Below are positions 13,900-25,784 of a stretch of 64,000 nucleotides of DNA, in pieces; the stretch's first letter is position 1, and every line of letters begins with the position of its first letter. The stretch is from assembly GCA_030390025.1 (NCBI GenBank), contig CM059445.1:43834001-43898000 (forward strand), read 5' to 3'. The notes beneath the pieces were generated by a model that was given only the letters and a program-made list of their open reading frames with translations, made no database searches and was not told where the DNA came from. The stretch comes from Squalus acanthias (Eukaryota). Position numbers and translations under genes: made by a program.

Positions 13900-15330
13900 C
13901 CAGTAAAACCAAGGGCCTTTGGTCCAACTAATGCTTTGTGGAATGTCAGCATGACTTCTTTGGATTTGTAGTCTGGATACACCTTAAATTTTGGATAAAG
14001 CCAAAGATTATTTTGAGAGGGGAAGATGAAAGTAAAGAAGAAACAGTGCAGCATAGGGAACTGAAGGAAGTAATGGCAAGAGATTCTGATGAAATGCATC
14101 TTGACAGATGCCACAGAGACAATGTGGATTGAGGTCAAGGATAGTAAAGGTATTTATTATTTTTATAGATTTTCTGGACAGGAGGAGTGCATAAACCAGG
14201 TAATGTTTTGCAAATCAGAGATCTATAAAAAGGCCAGAACATTAATCATGGGGATTTCAATTACTTAGATATTGACTGGGAAAACAGAAGAAAAGCTAAG
14301 GGGCAGTGCACGCTTCTAGGGGTGATAAAGGATTGGTTTCTTATTCTGTTGTACAGCCTAAACAGTCAGAAGCAATTCTGCATCTAATCTTTAATAATGA
14401 TACAGATATAGTATAGAAGGTAGATGTAAGAGAGCATCTAGGATCCAGTGATCATAACATAATTTGAGCAGAAATGCTTGTGAGGATATTTAAAAAGAAC
14501 AATGGCCCGGATTTTGTGTTGAGAATAACGGTGAGCCTAACAGCACTCACCGTTATTATGGAATAAATCGGATCGCAACTTCCGGAGACCGCACACGTGC
14601 AGTTAAACGCGGAAATCCAGAAGTTGCTGTCCGAGTTACCCTGCTCCTCCACAGGCTGCGCTATAACAGTACCTCGCTGATAGACTTGGCATTGAATTCA
14701 ATGTAAGGGCATGAAGTTGGGGTACTTACCCATTATTTACCCACTTAACATGCTAGAAAATGTTAGGGCTGGTGCATTCAGGTGTAAGTGAATTTTTAAT
14801 GGCATGACTACAAACAACCTCTCTGGCCCTGAAAATTTAATTTTACAATCCTTCAGAATGTAATTAGTGTTGAAGTTTAAAAAAAAAGAAAATAATGTTT
14901 GTTTTTACTTTTTCTGTCTGTCCCTTTTATCTCTTTCTCTTAATCCCATCTTCCATCCCCTCACTTTATTTCACTTTCTGTACATGATTTAAATCTAATT
15001 TATACTTCCTGGTTTAGACTCTGCGCATCTCAGTGAGGATTCTTCAATCTGATTGGTTGAAGAGCCTCGCTGTTGCTTGCTCTGCTCACAAACGCCACAG
15101 GTCTCCCCTGTAGAGGGCGCCATGCTGGATCAGCTGGCCGATGACAGCAAGTCTCCGCTCAAAAGTTTCCACGTGAAAACTCCGTGAGCAGCTGTCAGCG
15201 TAGTGAACAGCGAGCACTGTTCCTTCACTGCTGACTGCAAAATCTAGGCCCTTGACACAAAAATGTTGGACTTTAAATGAACAGACTTCAAAGGTTAATA
15301 AAATGAGTTTTAAAAAAAGTTAATTGGTCC
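13900..15330 (+). mobile_element. Old rearranged CR1 LINE: endonuclease region on +, split by a MITE; a short inverted ORF2 piece at ~13915-13980
   Basis: Degenerate APE motifs IMGDFNYLDIDWE (~14245) and VREHLGSSDHNII (~14425), continuing after the MITE as TKMLDFK. Minus-strand YKSKEVMLTFHKALVGP at ~13920-13975. Confidence 0.7.
14504..15251. mobile_element. Harbinger-like MITE, family A copy 2, nested in CR1
   Basis: TIRs GGCCCGGATTTTG / CAAAATCTAGGCCC; colinear with 10198-10966. Confidence 0.8.
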
Positions 15331-15364
15331 ACAATAATAGTTGGAAGATCTACAGTAGGAAAAT

Positions 15365-16338
15365 AAATAGAAGATGCTATTACCTTGATTTGATCGCCCC
15401 TCAACCTTCTAAACTCAAGGGAAAACAAGCCAACTTTATGCAACCTGTCCTCATAATTTAACCCTTAAAGCCCTGATATAATTTGGGTGAATTTGTGCTA
15501 TACCCCTTCCAAGGCCAATATATCCTTCCTGAGGTTCCTACCACCCAACCAATTCCCAACCCATGTTACAAGGTTATCTCCAATTCCGTGCGCTCTTATT
15601 TTTACGAATAATCTCTTGTGCGGAACCTTATCAAATGCCTTCTGGAAGTCCATATAGACAACATTCAACTGTCCACCAAGCTAGTGACCTCCTCAAAAAA
15701 TTCAAGTAGATTGGTCAAACATGACCTACTCTTCACAAATCCATGCTGACTCTCTGATAAGCTTGATACTCGTCCAAGTGCTCAGTCACTCTGTCTCAGA
15801 TGATAGATTCCAGTAACCTTCCTACAACTCATGTTAAACTGAGGATCCGTAGTTACCTAGTTTCTCTCTCCCTTCCTTCGTAAATAATGGAGTGATATCT
15901 GCAATTTTCCAATCTAAAGGCACTGGTAGGTAATATATAACCACAACAGGCAGGTGGAAAAGGTAGATACTGATTTTTTTTCACCCCACCGAACAATTCA
16001 GTAAGGCGCTACACAGTCTGGTTCAGTATCAACTGACAAAATTCCGTCCAATTATAATGGCTTTGGAAGCTCATTACATCACTTTGAGATGCCAGCGCTA
16101 CCCCAGATTGTTGCTCTTGTCCATACACCTTGTGATATAGGTTGGTAATTGTTTGGGAGGTAGGAACCTCAGGAAAGATATATTGGCCTTGGAAGGGGTA
16201 CAGCACAGATTCACCAGAATGATACCAAGGGCTTTAAGGGTTAAATTATGAGGACAGGTTGCATAAACTTGGCTTGTATTCCCTTGAGTTTAGAAGGTTG
16301 AAGGAGTGAGCTAATCAAGGTAATAACATCTTCTATTT
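15365..16338. repeat. Long inverted repeat: ~210-bp arms at 15365-15573 and 16128-16338, containing CR1 ORF2 sequence
   Basis: The arms are reverse complements along their length, including outer (AAATAGAAGATG/CATCTTCTATTT) and inner segments that do not look like CR1. The spacer holds a minus-strand CR1 RT fragment (VYMDFQKAFDKVPHKRL, ~15610-15665). Confidence 0.9.
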
Positions 16339-19300
16339 TTAGAATATTACACTGTGTGTATATTATATCTACTTTTCATTTCAGAACTCCTCCATTTATT
16401 TCAACAAGCTGTCTGCATGTTGAACAAGAAATGCCAACCACCTCGAAAAAATGTCTGCTACACTTCATTCCCTAATTCCCACATCAATAAATACATCCCA
16501 AAGCTTTACCATGCAGCAGAACCATTCTGCTAAACAACAACTATCTTAATATTCTACCGTTTAGTTCCTTTATACATATTTTCCTGGCTAATTTCACTTC
16601 CATTTTCCTCGATTTTTCTTCAAAGTATACTTGACTTTCGAGCTGCATGCATCATTAATAAAGCATCTGTAAAAATGAACATCTCAGTACATAAAAGATT
16701 TTTGCTACAAAGAGAGAAAATGTCCCTATCCAACATTTTTGAGGCAGTTGCCACACTAATTATACAGTACTATAAATATATCTCTCACATTTATCAATTT
16801 CAGTACTTTCTCTGAATAAACATTTTTTCGCTAAAAATGTTTCCACACCAAGCCAAAAAGAATGTAAATACAGAGGAGGAAGTCATTATTCAAGTACATT
16901 TGCTCTTATCTTTTGACACTGGGGACATACTGATTACATTTGAATGATAATGACGGAAAGGTCTTGTCTCTCGGTTTAAATTATTCAAAGGTTTCTTAAA
17001 AATATTGCAGAATGTCATGAGTGGGCTACTCTCGCAAGCCAGCATTCACTAACAAGTATTCCATTCATACCATACACACTGATGTTAAAGAAATCTCAGA
17101 TTGCGCTGTTTAGATTTCAACAGGCGCTGTCTATAGCGCAAAGGCAGTGTGAACCAAGAGAAAGATGGGAGTCATATATTCCCACACGTATAAATCACTG
17201 CAGGCTATTTATTGGGTATCGCACCTGAGACATTGAGTTATGGCAGTTCTTTCACAAATGGGCCACTCCCATGAACTCATGATCATCTCATTCATCTTTG
17301 ACAGATTGAAAGGATACCAATGCATCATCAACAATTATTCCAAGGGCGATTACTTCTACGTTGTAAATGGGCTTTTGCAGTGTAACTCAGAAATCATAAT
17401 TGATTAGAGAACATTATCATATTCGGTATCTAATGGTGGCAAAACAGCATTTTATTGGCCAATCATTATCAGGCAGGAGTTCTGATACAACATTAAGTTG
17501 CAGGTTGAAAATTCCTTTTTGCTGTTGATTACTGAGCATTGTTTAAGGATTTCGCTAAAATTCTCTTGGATTGCATCGGTTTGATGGACATTTTGTCCAC
17601 ACAAAGAAATGCTGCTACCTGAAAAGTAAAAGGCAGCATCACAAAGAGGGACAAGTTACAGCTACCTGAGGCCGTCCTAAGTATGGGTTTGTGAAAGCGT
17701 AATGGTCTATGTGCATTAACAAGTCTTGCATATTACTAAAGTCTGATAGAAGGGGGGGGGAAAGTGAATTCTGGCTATTGCAATTATATTTTATATCAAT
17801 ACCCCTTCCTCTCTCCTCACTTCACTTTCTCCCAAAAATACTTAAATATAAAAGTTGCTAAAGCTGAATAATTCACTTTCTGATTGCTAGTTTATTAAAT
17901 GCCAGATTTTCTGTGACAATGGAAATATTCCATTCACATTTTATTAATTCATGTCTGAATCGTGTCAAGGAGTACTAGGCTAAGCTTGCTTTTCCAGTAT
18001 CCAATCGGTTATCAAAGCTGCAATATCTAATCAGTTTTGAATCGGCAATATTCAAAGAGGTTCAACCTTGCAACATTGGACCAATTTTGATTTTGTTATA
18101 TCCAACCAATTTCCTTGAAATAAAATTCAATCGATCCTCCGACTGGATATTGAAAGCCAAATAATCCAAACAAGCAATTGGATTATGGTTCTCATACAAA
18201 CAGGCACTGGTAATGACAATAATGACTCAAGTACAGGATATTAGCTGGGCTAATAAAAATTGAACAGAAGTAGTCAGATTGGTTACCAGTTCCTATTGCA
18301 TGGAGATCAGTTCTCTTATCGAATACCAGCTTTGATCTCCACGCGTGGCTAAACAGGTCACAGGATCAATGAAGGGATTTTCTATCCCAGTGACAGAAGT
18401 CAGGTGCATGGGTCAAAACCTGCTTTATTGCCATTATGATTGTGTAAAGATTGTTACATGGCTTTGCAAGTACAGGAAGAGGTGAAAGGACTGAATTAAC
18501 CCATTTATGATCGTTTGACTCGGGCAACAAACACTTCTGGTAAACTACCAAATATGAAATGAAGGAATCTGACTGACACCAGTGAAAAAGCTAATGGGTT
18601 AATCCACTACTAAATGCAGGCTTTAGAAGAGAAAGCCCATAATAATATTTTAAAGAATATGATTGTCAGTCCTGTTTCAGATGGTGTAACAATCTTAACA
18701 CCATCTTGAACAAGGTAACCCTTCACCTGCTTACCTGTATTTAATGGAATGCTCTACAACACTGTTTGGACGCATTTCTAATACTTTGTTACACTCCTTT
18801 TAAATCCAGTTTGTCTCATTCGCCAAATATATAACTATGCAAACTGTGGCAAAAGAGAAAACCATAAACCGTAAAAGTAAGTTAAAGCCACCTTGGAGCA
18901 GTGTGGCTTTTGAAATGCTTAATGCTCAATGGCAATTTTGTTGAATCTATTTTAACAGAGACTAACAAAATAGGTGCTGGGGTATTTCAGCAGAAATAAT
19001 ACAAGGGGCAGAAGTGTATTAACAAAACCACAGCAAGCATGTACTATTCAGCATTAAACTTTCATTATAAATCTCACTGTATGTGAAGCATTACTTCACT
19101 GTTCAGATGCGCTGTACAAAAACAATAAATTCAGCACCTGACATGGCGCCATCTTAAGTGGTAGAGTGAGATTGAGCGCATGTACCTATTAGAAACTGTG
19201 ACATCGTAAAGCAGCAAGATCTGTCAAAGCACACATACCTGTTCACAGGATATATGCCATCAGTGACTGACCTGTCACATTGACGTTCTGAAATCATCTT

Positions 19301-19683
19301 GGAGGGGATATGACGTTATTGATGGGCAGATAAATGTTCCCCGATTAGATGTGTTATCATATTCTTGGCTTAAAATTATTACAAACTACATGTTTCTCCA
19401 CACCAATTTTTTCAAGCAGTTAAACTAAGTAGGTTGGCAAAACAAAATATTGCCACCCTTTAAGTAGACCTTTCAAGGGATATATACGAATACAGTGCTG
19501 ATACTTTTAATTGTGGGGTAGGTAGCTAAGAAAATAGCACTGTAGCACTGCTGTTTACACAACTGAGACCACAAGGCTCACTTCTACCGCAGGGTCTGTA
19601 CTCGGCTTCTCTGAGCAGAGAAACACATTCTGTACACAGATTCACAAATTTTGTCAAGTATTTTGTTAAACTATTAACTATTA

Positions 19684-19910
19684 CTAGAGCAGGGTTGCCT
19701 GCCCAACGTGTTCTTCATGATCCACCTTATCCAGAATGGCCATTTCATCCTCAGGCTGGTGTCTGTACTTGTGAAACTCTTCTTTCATGGCAGAAAAATA
19801 AGCATAAGGGTCCTGACGGGAGTGTCTCTTCTTCTTTTGGAGGTAGAGAATGCCTTGGGGCTGGAGAACCTGAGATTCACTGGGCTGCTGGACCTGTGAG
19901 ATTGGAAAAC
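19684..19910 (-). CDS. IGSF9B: IGSF9B last coding exon (C-terminus ...QATLL*)
   Basis: Acceptor ttcttctttttttggttAG, phase 1. Translates (S)FPISQVQQPSESQVLQPQGILYLQKKKRHSRQDPYAYFSAMKEEFHKYRHQPEDEMAILDKVDHEEHVGQATLL*, matching the recalled mammalian IGSF9B end (LRKKKRHSRPDP...HATLL). Stop TAG is followed by TAA TAG. Confidence 0.93.
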
Positions 19911-20254
19911 CTAACCAAAAAAAGAAGAATTTAGTTAGATACTAATTAAATCTCAAATGATAGCTGTGCGTGTGGTAGGCCTTAACTGCTTTAGATCGGA
20001 ATTAAGTTTGGATCTCCTTGTGAGGTGCTACCAATAGCAGCTAGTTGAAGGACAGCACAAATTGTAGGAAATAAGTCTGCAAAATAATATTTTTTCTGTA
20101 GAAACAATAAGCCAGTTTCCCATTCCCAGTGCAAGAGTTGAATTGTTACAAATGCACATTGCTGGTAGAAATCGATATTCAAATAGCCCCTTTTGCTAAT
20201 TTTCTCCCCTTCTCTTGTGAAGGTGCTGACTCCTGTTGGGTTAGGGTTCCATGT

Positions 20255-20590
20255 GCACCAGATGCCCTCCAGCATCTTGCCCAAGTGGACGTTCTTCATG
20301 TATGAGCCTACACAAAGCGTTGGGAGATCATTCGACCGTAGGGGACATCACAACAGAGACTAATCCTGTCCTCACCCAACATTTACACAGGCACATTGAT
20401 TAGTAATCATAATTGGGAACCCTGACTACATTTTCTCTCCCTAGCTCTGGGGTGAAAAAGCCAATTGTTGAGTCTCGACTGCTGCCCTGGCAGAGTTCAA
20501 CTAACCTAGCATATAGATCATGAATCCCAGGACCTTTGTGTCTGTATGATTCAGTTGTACACTGCCTCTGCCAACTGAATACTGGGGATC
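20255..20590 (-). mobile_element. AmnSINE2-like SINE
   Basis: Reverse complement of the 8905 family (CCCAAGTGG..GTTCTTCATGT..GAGCCTA; ATCCTGTCCTCACCC; CCAATTGT; CCCAGGACCTT). Confidence 0.6.
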
Positions 20591-20604
20591 TAAGAGGTAT
20601 TAGC

Positions 20605-21519
20605 GTTCTACCACAGTGCCCATGGTGAAGACATGGTAAGGTTATATCAGAAAATACAAATACCAATTGGTGGATTTACTGGTGGAGAAAAACAATTGAA
20701 TCAATAAGAACAAAATGCTAGAATATATCCTCAATAATTATTCAATGCCTTTGGGGCTTACTGAAAAGGTAAGAGATTTCCTGAGATCATATTTTACTTA
20801 AAAGAAAACTCTTAAGATATCTTAAGGTTGTATCCTCCATCATTTAGTTGTTTCCCTCATTTCTATGTATGCATTTTCATACATTTTATCCTGGCTCAGA
20901 AGCCAGGTCTGTTCCTAGCCTTATGAAAATGTAGTTCTGTATTTGCCTGCTAGGAAGGAAGTCATAACAATTGTTCAGGGTAACCAATGTATCAAGATTT
21001 CCTCTCCCGCGCTAGGGAAACACTTAGCCGCTGTTCAACTGTTCCGTATGGTACCCTGGTTGTTATAGAGAACTCACCAGCATGTTATGTCACCAGTTTA
21101 CTCAAATCTTTATTATATCTTAAAAGTCCAGTAGGTGGCAAGACCGAGGATGGGGAATCAATATTTTAGGATGATTAAAACAAAGTTGAGCTTTGAACAC
21201 AGATAAGTCCTGATTTTATTTGATATTATCTACAAACACCTGCCTCTTATCTAATTTTGAGGGTAATATACAGCAGCAGGGCAGTGGATACATCCACCCA
21301 ACCTATGTTAAACCGGAGGGCCCTCTGCCTTAACGATATATGCTGTTGGCTTTCTACCACAGTGCTGATGGTGAAGACTAAAACACGATTGTAAGGCTAT
21401 ATCAGTAAAACAGATAGCAATTGCTGGATTTACCAGTGGTGAAAAATAATTGGATCAACAAGAACCAAAAATATTAGAATACATCCTCAATAATTATTCA
21501 ATGCCTTTAGTACTTACTG
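20605..21519 (+). repeat. Diverged ~160-bp direct repeat (20605-20763 and 21352-21519)
   Basis: Both copies contain TTCTACCACAGTGC..ATGGTGAAGAC, TGGATTTAC and ATCCTCAATAATTATTCAATGCCTTT..CTTACTG in the same order. Confidence 0.8.
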
Positions 21520-23527
21520 TGGAATGCTACTGAATACTTTATACTGACTAAGGTCCCAAGTGTGTACCCCAAACTGTGTATATTGTATTACAAAGTCAGT
21601 TAGAAAAGTGCACTATATCAGTGAGCTGTCCATGGAACTAAGTACCGAGTAATGTCACTGGTTGATGAAATTGCAAAATACTATAGGAAAACACCGTGAC
21701 GTGACTAGGCACTTGGTCTAAGCGTTAAACAAAGCTTTAATCAACTGTTTTACAACATGGAGATCTAGTTGTCCTTCACTAGTTCCTGTTAAAGAATGTC
21801 CTGAGCAAGCTGGGCCCATGCCTGAGTATTTATACTCTCCCTGGTCAGCGCCACCAGCAGGCCGCCCAGTATTATGTCATAAGTCATTTCCCATGAATGA
21901 CAAGATTCATGTCACACCAATACCATCATATAGGGTGTAAGATAAGAACAAGGAAAAGCCGATTCATTTTGTTAAGCTGACCTCATTGTCCAAGTCAAAT
22001 GGGTGAACTTAAATCTCATGAAAATCAGAGAACAGTGTAACTAAAGTTGTAAGCGAAAGCTCTTAAGCTTCAATATACTTCAGCCACAGAAAGTTAGTAA
22101 ATTGGATCCTGTTTATCTGCAGTTAAGTCATTTGATTAAATACTTCTGTTCCGATTTGAAGGCCGAGTCCCAAGCTTGAATCGAGCTGTTTTTGTATTTA
22201 CAGTGGCCTCAGAACTGGAAAGATGGAAATATTGCAGCAGAAATGTTCATGCCAGCAAGCATGCAAGGACGAAACGGTCTAGAGATTATTGCGCAATACC
22301 TTATGTTCTAGACCTTGGTCGCATCGCCAAAGGTTTGCAGTACAACTTGGTGCTTACGCGCGATGTGACCTTGGCCTGCAAAACATGAATTGTGCAATTA
22401 ATCGCACAGCCTTTCCTCAGATAGAAATCATGCCACGGCTATCTGACTTACTTCAAGAGAGAATGTGCTCAAGAAGTTAAATTTTTGAGCCCCCCTCTCA
22501 CACTCTGTATTGTGATTTCTTTCACTAAGCCATGCATCGCTTTCAAGAGCTTTTCGCCTGGTCATATAAGCAAATGCTGGCCAATTATACTGGAAAGATG
22601 GAATAATTAGCTATAACCACTTAGTCACTTCCAATTTGCAATTTGGCATTGAGTAATCAAAGATCACATTTTTTATGATTGTTATGGTTATATAAATTGG
22701 TAACCTTTTACTGTAACCATTGCTGGCTACTTATTGCAAGCAAAGGTTTGATATTTAATGTAAATACCACTGGGAGAGGTACAGAGTACGTACATGAATA
22801 TCAAGGCAAGACACAATATTACTAATTGTAATCTCTCAAGCCAGCCCAGAGAGAGAACTGAAAATGTCTTTCTGATGGTGGTTAAGGGTCTAAAATGAAA
22901 TGAGCTTGTAGAATCTCAAGTAATTCATCATGGACACAGATCCACAGCATAAAATTGCTGCAGCTCAGTATTAATTGGACATTCTCATCCAGAGATGCTT
23001 GAAGGGTGGATAATATAGAAAATGGTACTATCATGGTAGTGCAGTTAAGGGTGCTGTTCTGAGTTTGAGGTTGATACTGAAGCATATTTTAGGAGAGAAC
23101 AGAAGAAGCTCGACACTGCCTATAACAATTGTGACAGCCGATGTCGGAGTGATTGATGTCAACACTGGGCACAAAGAGGGACCAAACATGTCAGCAATAA
23201 GCACTCTTATGGTATGCTAGTTTTCACAGATAGGCAGCAGCATAACATAAACTCCCCCAGCAATGTAAGCCCTCATGCTGATGAACACAAAGCCAAGCGA
23301 AGTTATTACAAGCGGCATATTGTATTTACATGTATTCACAGTTGACTGTCAAATTTATTTTGAAATTATTCCAGTTAATTCAGGCAGCTCATTGGTTTCA
23401 AAAAAAGATAGCTTTCAAAAGTCAACCTTTTTACTTTCCTACAGCAATTAGTTTTGTGTATCATTTCAATTGTTCTGTTTTTTGCCTTTACAAAAAAGTA
23501 AGACCTTGTTCTCTCTGAAATCTAATA

Positions 23528-24108
23528 AATGAACTGTATGAAATACTAGTTAGGTCACAGCTAGAGTACTGCGTACAGTTCTGGTCACCACATTACAGGA
23601 AAGACATGATTGCACTAGAGAGAGTACAAAGGAGATTGACGAGGATGTTGCCAGGACTGGAGAATTTTAGCTACGAGGAAAGATTGGATAGGCTGGGGTT
23701 GTTTTCTTTGGAACAGAGGAGGCTGAGGGGGAGACCTTATTGAGGTGTATAAAATTATGAGAGGCCTAGATAGAGTGGATAGGAAGGACCTATTTCCTCT
23801 TAGCAGAGTGGTCAATAACCAGGGGGCATAGATTTAAAGTAATTGGTAGAAGGATTAGAGGGGAGTTGAGGAGAAATTTTTCCACTCAGAGGGTGGTGGG
23901 GGTCTGGAACTCACTGCCTGAAAGGGTGGTAGAGGCAGAAACCCTCATCGCATTTAAGAAGTACTTGGATAGGCACTTGAAGTGCCCTAACCTACAAGGC
24001 TACGGCCCAAGAGCTGGAAAGTGGGATTAGGCTGGAGAGCTCTTTTTCGGCCAGCACAGATACCTCCTTCTGTGCCGTGAAACTTCTATGATTCTATTCC
24101 ATGATTCT
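23528..24108 (+). mobile_element. 5'-truncated CR1 LINE, close relative of the 1-681 copy
   Basis: Encodes [37 protein letters not shown]...WNSLPERVVEA; TTCTATGATTCT tail. Confidence 0.92.
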
Positions 24109-24356
24109 GGATTTAGAGAATCATTATTACTTGCCTGTTTGAGAACAGGTTTTACTTGATGGCTCATTACGTGGCACTGAGACCTGTAGGACAAGAAGGT
24201 CCTTGGCTTAAAGCCTGTTCTGACATCAGTCAAGGAAGGTAGTGATATAGATCTCAGCATCTTCAGTTTGGGAGAGGAAAATGGCCAGGGTTTTCCTGAT
24301 GGTTCATATCCAGTGACCTTTTCTGGAAGTCTACATGCATTACTCGGAGATTATAG

Positions 24357-24821
24357 TAAACTCACCAGGATGACGCCAGATAAGAAATTCTTGTTATGAG
24401 GAGAGACTTGAGATGCAGGAACTATTTCCACTGCAGCAGAGGCGTCTAAGAGCAGATTTGATAGAGGTTTTTAAAATGATTACGGACTTTGATAGAGTGA
24501 CTAGGAAAGACTATTTCCTGTGGTTGGGGACTCAGTAAAGATGGGTCATTAATTTAAAATTACCACTAAGAGAATAAAGAGAGTGATTAGGAGTATTTTT
24601 TTTTAATAGTTGTTAGAGCATGGAATGCTTTGCCACAGGGAATAGTTGTGGCAGAGCCAATTACATCTTTTAAGGGAAGAGTAGACAAACATTTGAATTG
24701 GAGGAAAAAACAGGTCCACAGGGAGCAAGAGCTGTGGGATTAGTTTTGGATTTCTGCAGCAAAGGGCTGGCACAGAGGCGATGGGTCGAATGCTCTCCGT
24801 CAGTGCTGTAAATTTCTCTGG
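24357..24821 (+). mobile_element. Older diverged CR1 3' fragment nested in the SINE
   Basis: Degenerate QRRLRADLIEVFK and WNALP; 3'UTR GATGGGTCGAATG..CCGTC.GTGCTGTAAA. TTATAG on both flanks (24351, 24822) may be a TSD. Confidence 0.75.
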
Positions 24822-24880
24822 TTATAGGTGAGGACAGGATTGTAGACTTGTGATAGCCCACACAATTAAATCACCTCCTG

Positions 24881-25315
24881 ATAGAAACATAGAAACATAG
24901 AATCTAGGAGCAGGAGTAGGCCATTCGGCCCGTCGAGCCTGCTCCACCATTCAATACGATCATGGCTGATCATCCAAGTCCAGTACCCTGTCCCTGCTTT
25001 AATCCCCACAGTACACATATCCCACCCTACCCCCGTAACCCCAGGTATTTAATTCCCCCTAACATATCCCATCCTATCCCCATAACCCCACATATTTAAT
25101 CCCCCCCCTAACACTAAGGGTCAATTTATCATAGCCAAATCAACCTAACCCGCACATCTTTGGACTGTGGGAGGGAACCGGAGCACCCGGAGAAAACCCA
25201 CGCAGACACGGGGAGAATGTGCAAACTCCACACAGACAGTCACCCGAGGTCAGATTCGAACCCGAGTCCCTGGCGCTGTGAGGCACCAGTGCTAACCGCT
25301 GTACCACCGTGATGC
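24881..25315 (-). mobile_element. HE1-like V-SINE: tRNA head, V domain, CR1/HER1-derived tail
   Basis: Minus strand reads CACGGTGGTACAGCGGTTAGCACT (A box), GGTTCGAATC (B box), V-domain GTGTGGAGTTTGCACATTCTCCCCGTGTCTGCGTGGGTTT.CTCCGGGTGCTCCGGTT and tail (CTATGTTT)n. Internal tandem duplication at ~25000-25110. Confidence 0.88.
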
Positions 25316-25784
25316 TCAGGGTCTAGGTTCATGTATGAAAATAGCCACTTGAGTGAAGTATTGAAGGGCTGTCATCACTTGTGAAGTCAAACCCTGGCAT
25401 GAGTTGCGGCCTTTAGGAAAGTGGTGTGTCAGAGGGGAAAACTGGAGGAGGAAAAGAAAACAGAACAGACTCCGAGGAATATATTTCCTCACATAAAATA
25501 GAATTAAGCATCCGAAATGAAGCCAACAATTAGATGAAATGCTGAAAGCTGCATGGTGGAGGGAAGCAGTGAGGAATTAAGTGAAAAAATACAATTTATT
25601 TGACAATACTTATGCCTTTTACCACAGAACCCTACATCCCAGTTGCATAAGCTAAAAAGAATCAAAATTGGGATTCATTTGCTTAATTATGATTTGAAGA
25701 CTGAATTTCTCTATTCCTTGAGCTTCGGGTTGAAATTTATATTACCAGACAGTCTCAGGCTACCAAAGTATTGGTGAACCTAAT

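Larger units (their letters stand above)
3189..19683 (-). other. Putative long 3'UTR / downstream region of IGSF9B (extent uncertain)
   Basis: Lies directly after the stop codon. 16340-19683 and most of 3200-10190 are AT-rich and repeat-poor, with several minus-strand AATAAA (plus TTTATT at e.g. 3189, ~6565, ~7483, ~8073, ~17451, ~17891). No transcript evidence. Confidence 0.35.
24150..25420 (+). mobile_element. AmnSINE2-like SINE split into three pieces (~24150-24350, ~24822-24880, ~25316-25420)
   Basis: The motif order seen in other copies resumes after each insert: ATCCAGTGACC..CTGGAA | GGTGAGGACAGGAT..GTGAT | GTCTAGG.TCA..ATGAA.ATAGCCACTTG. Confidence 0.65.
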
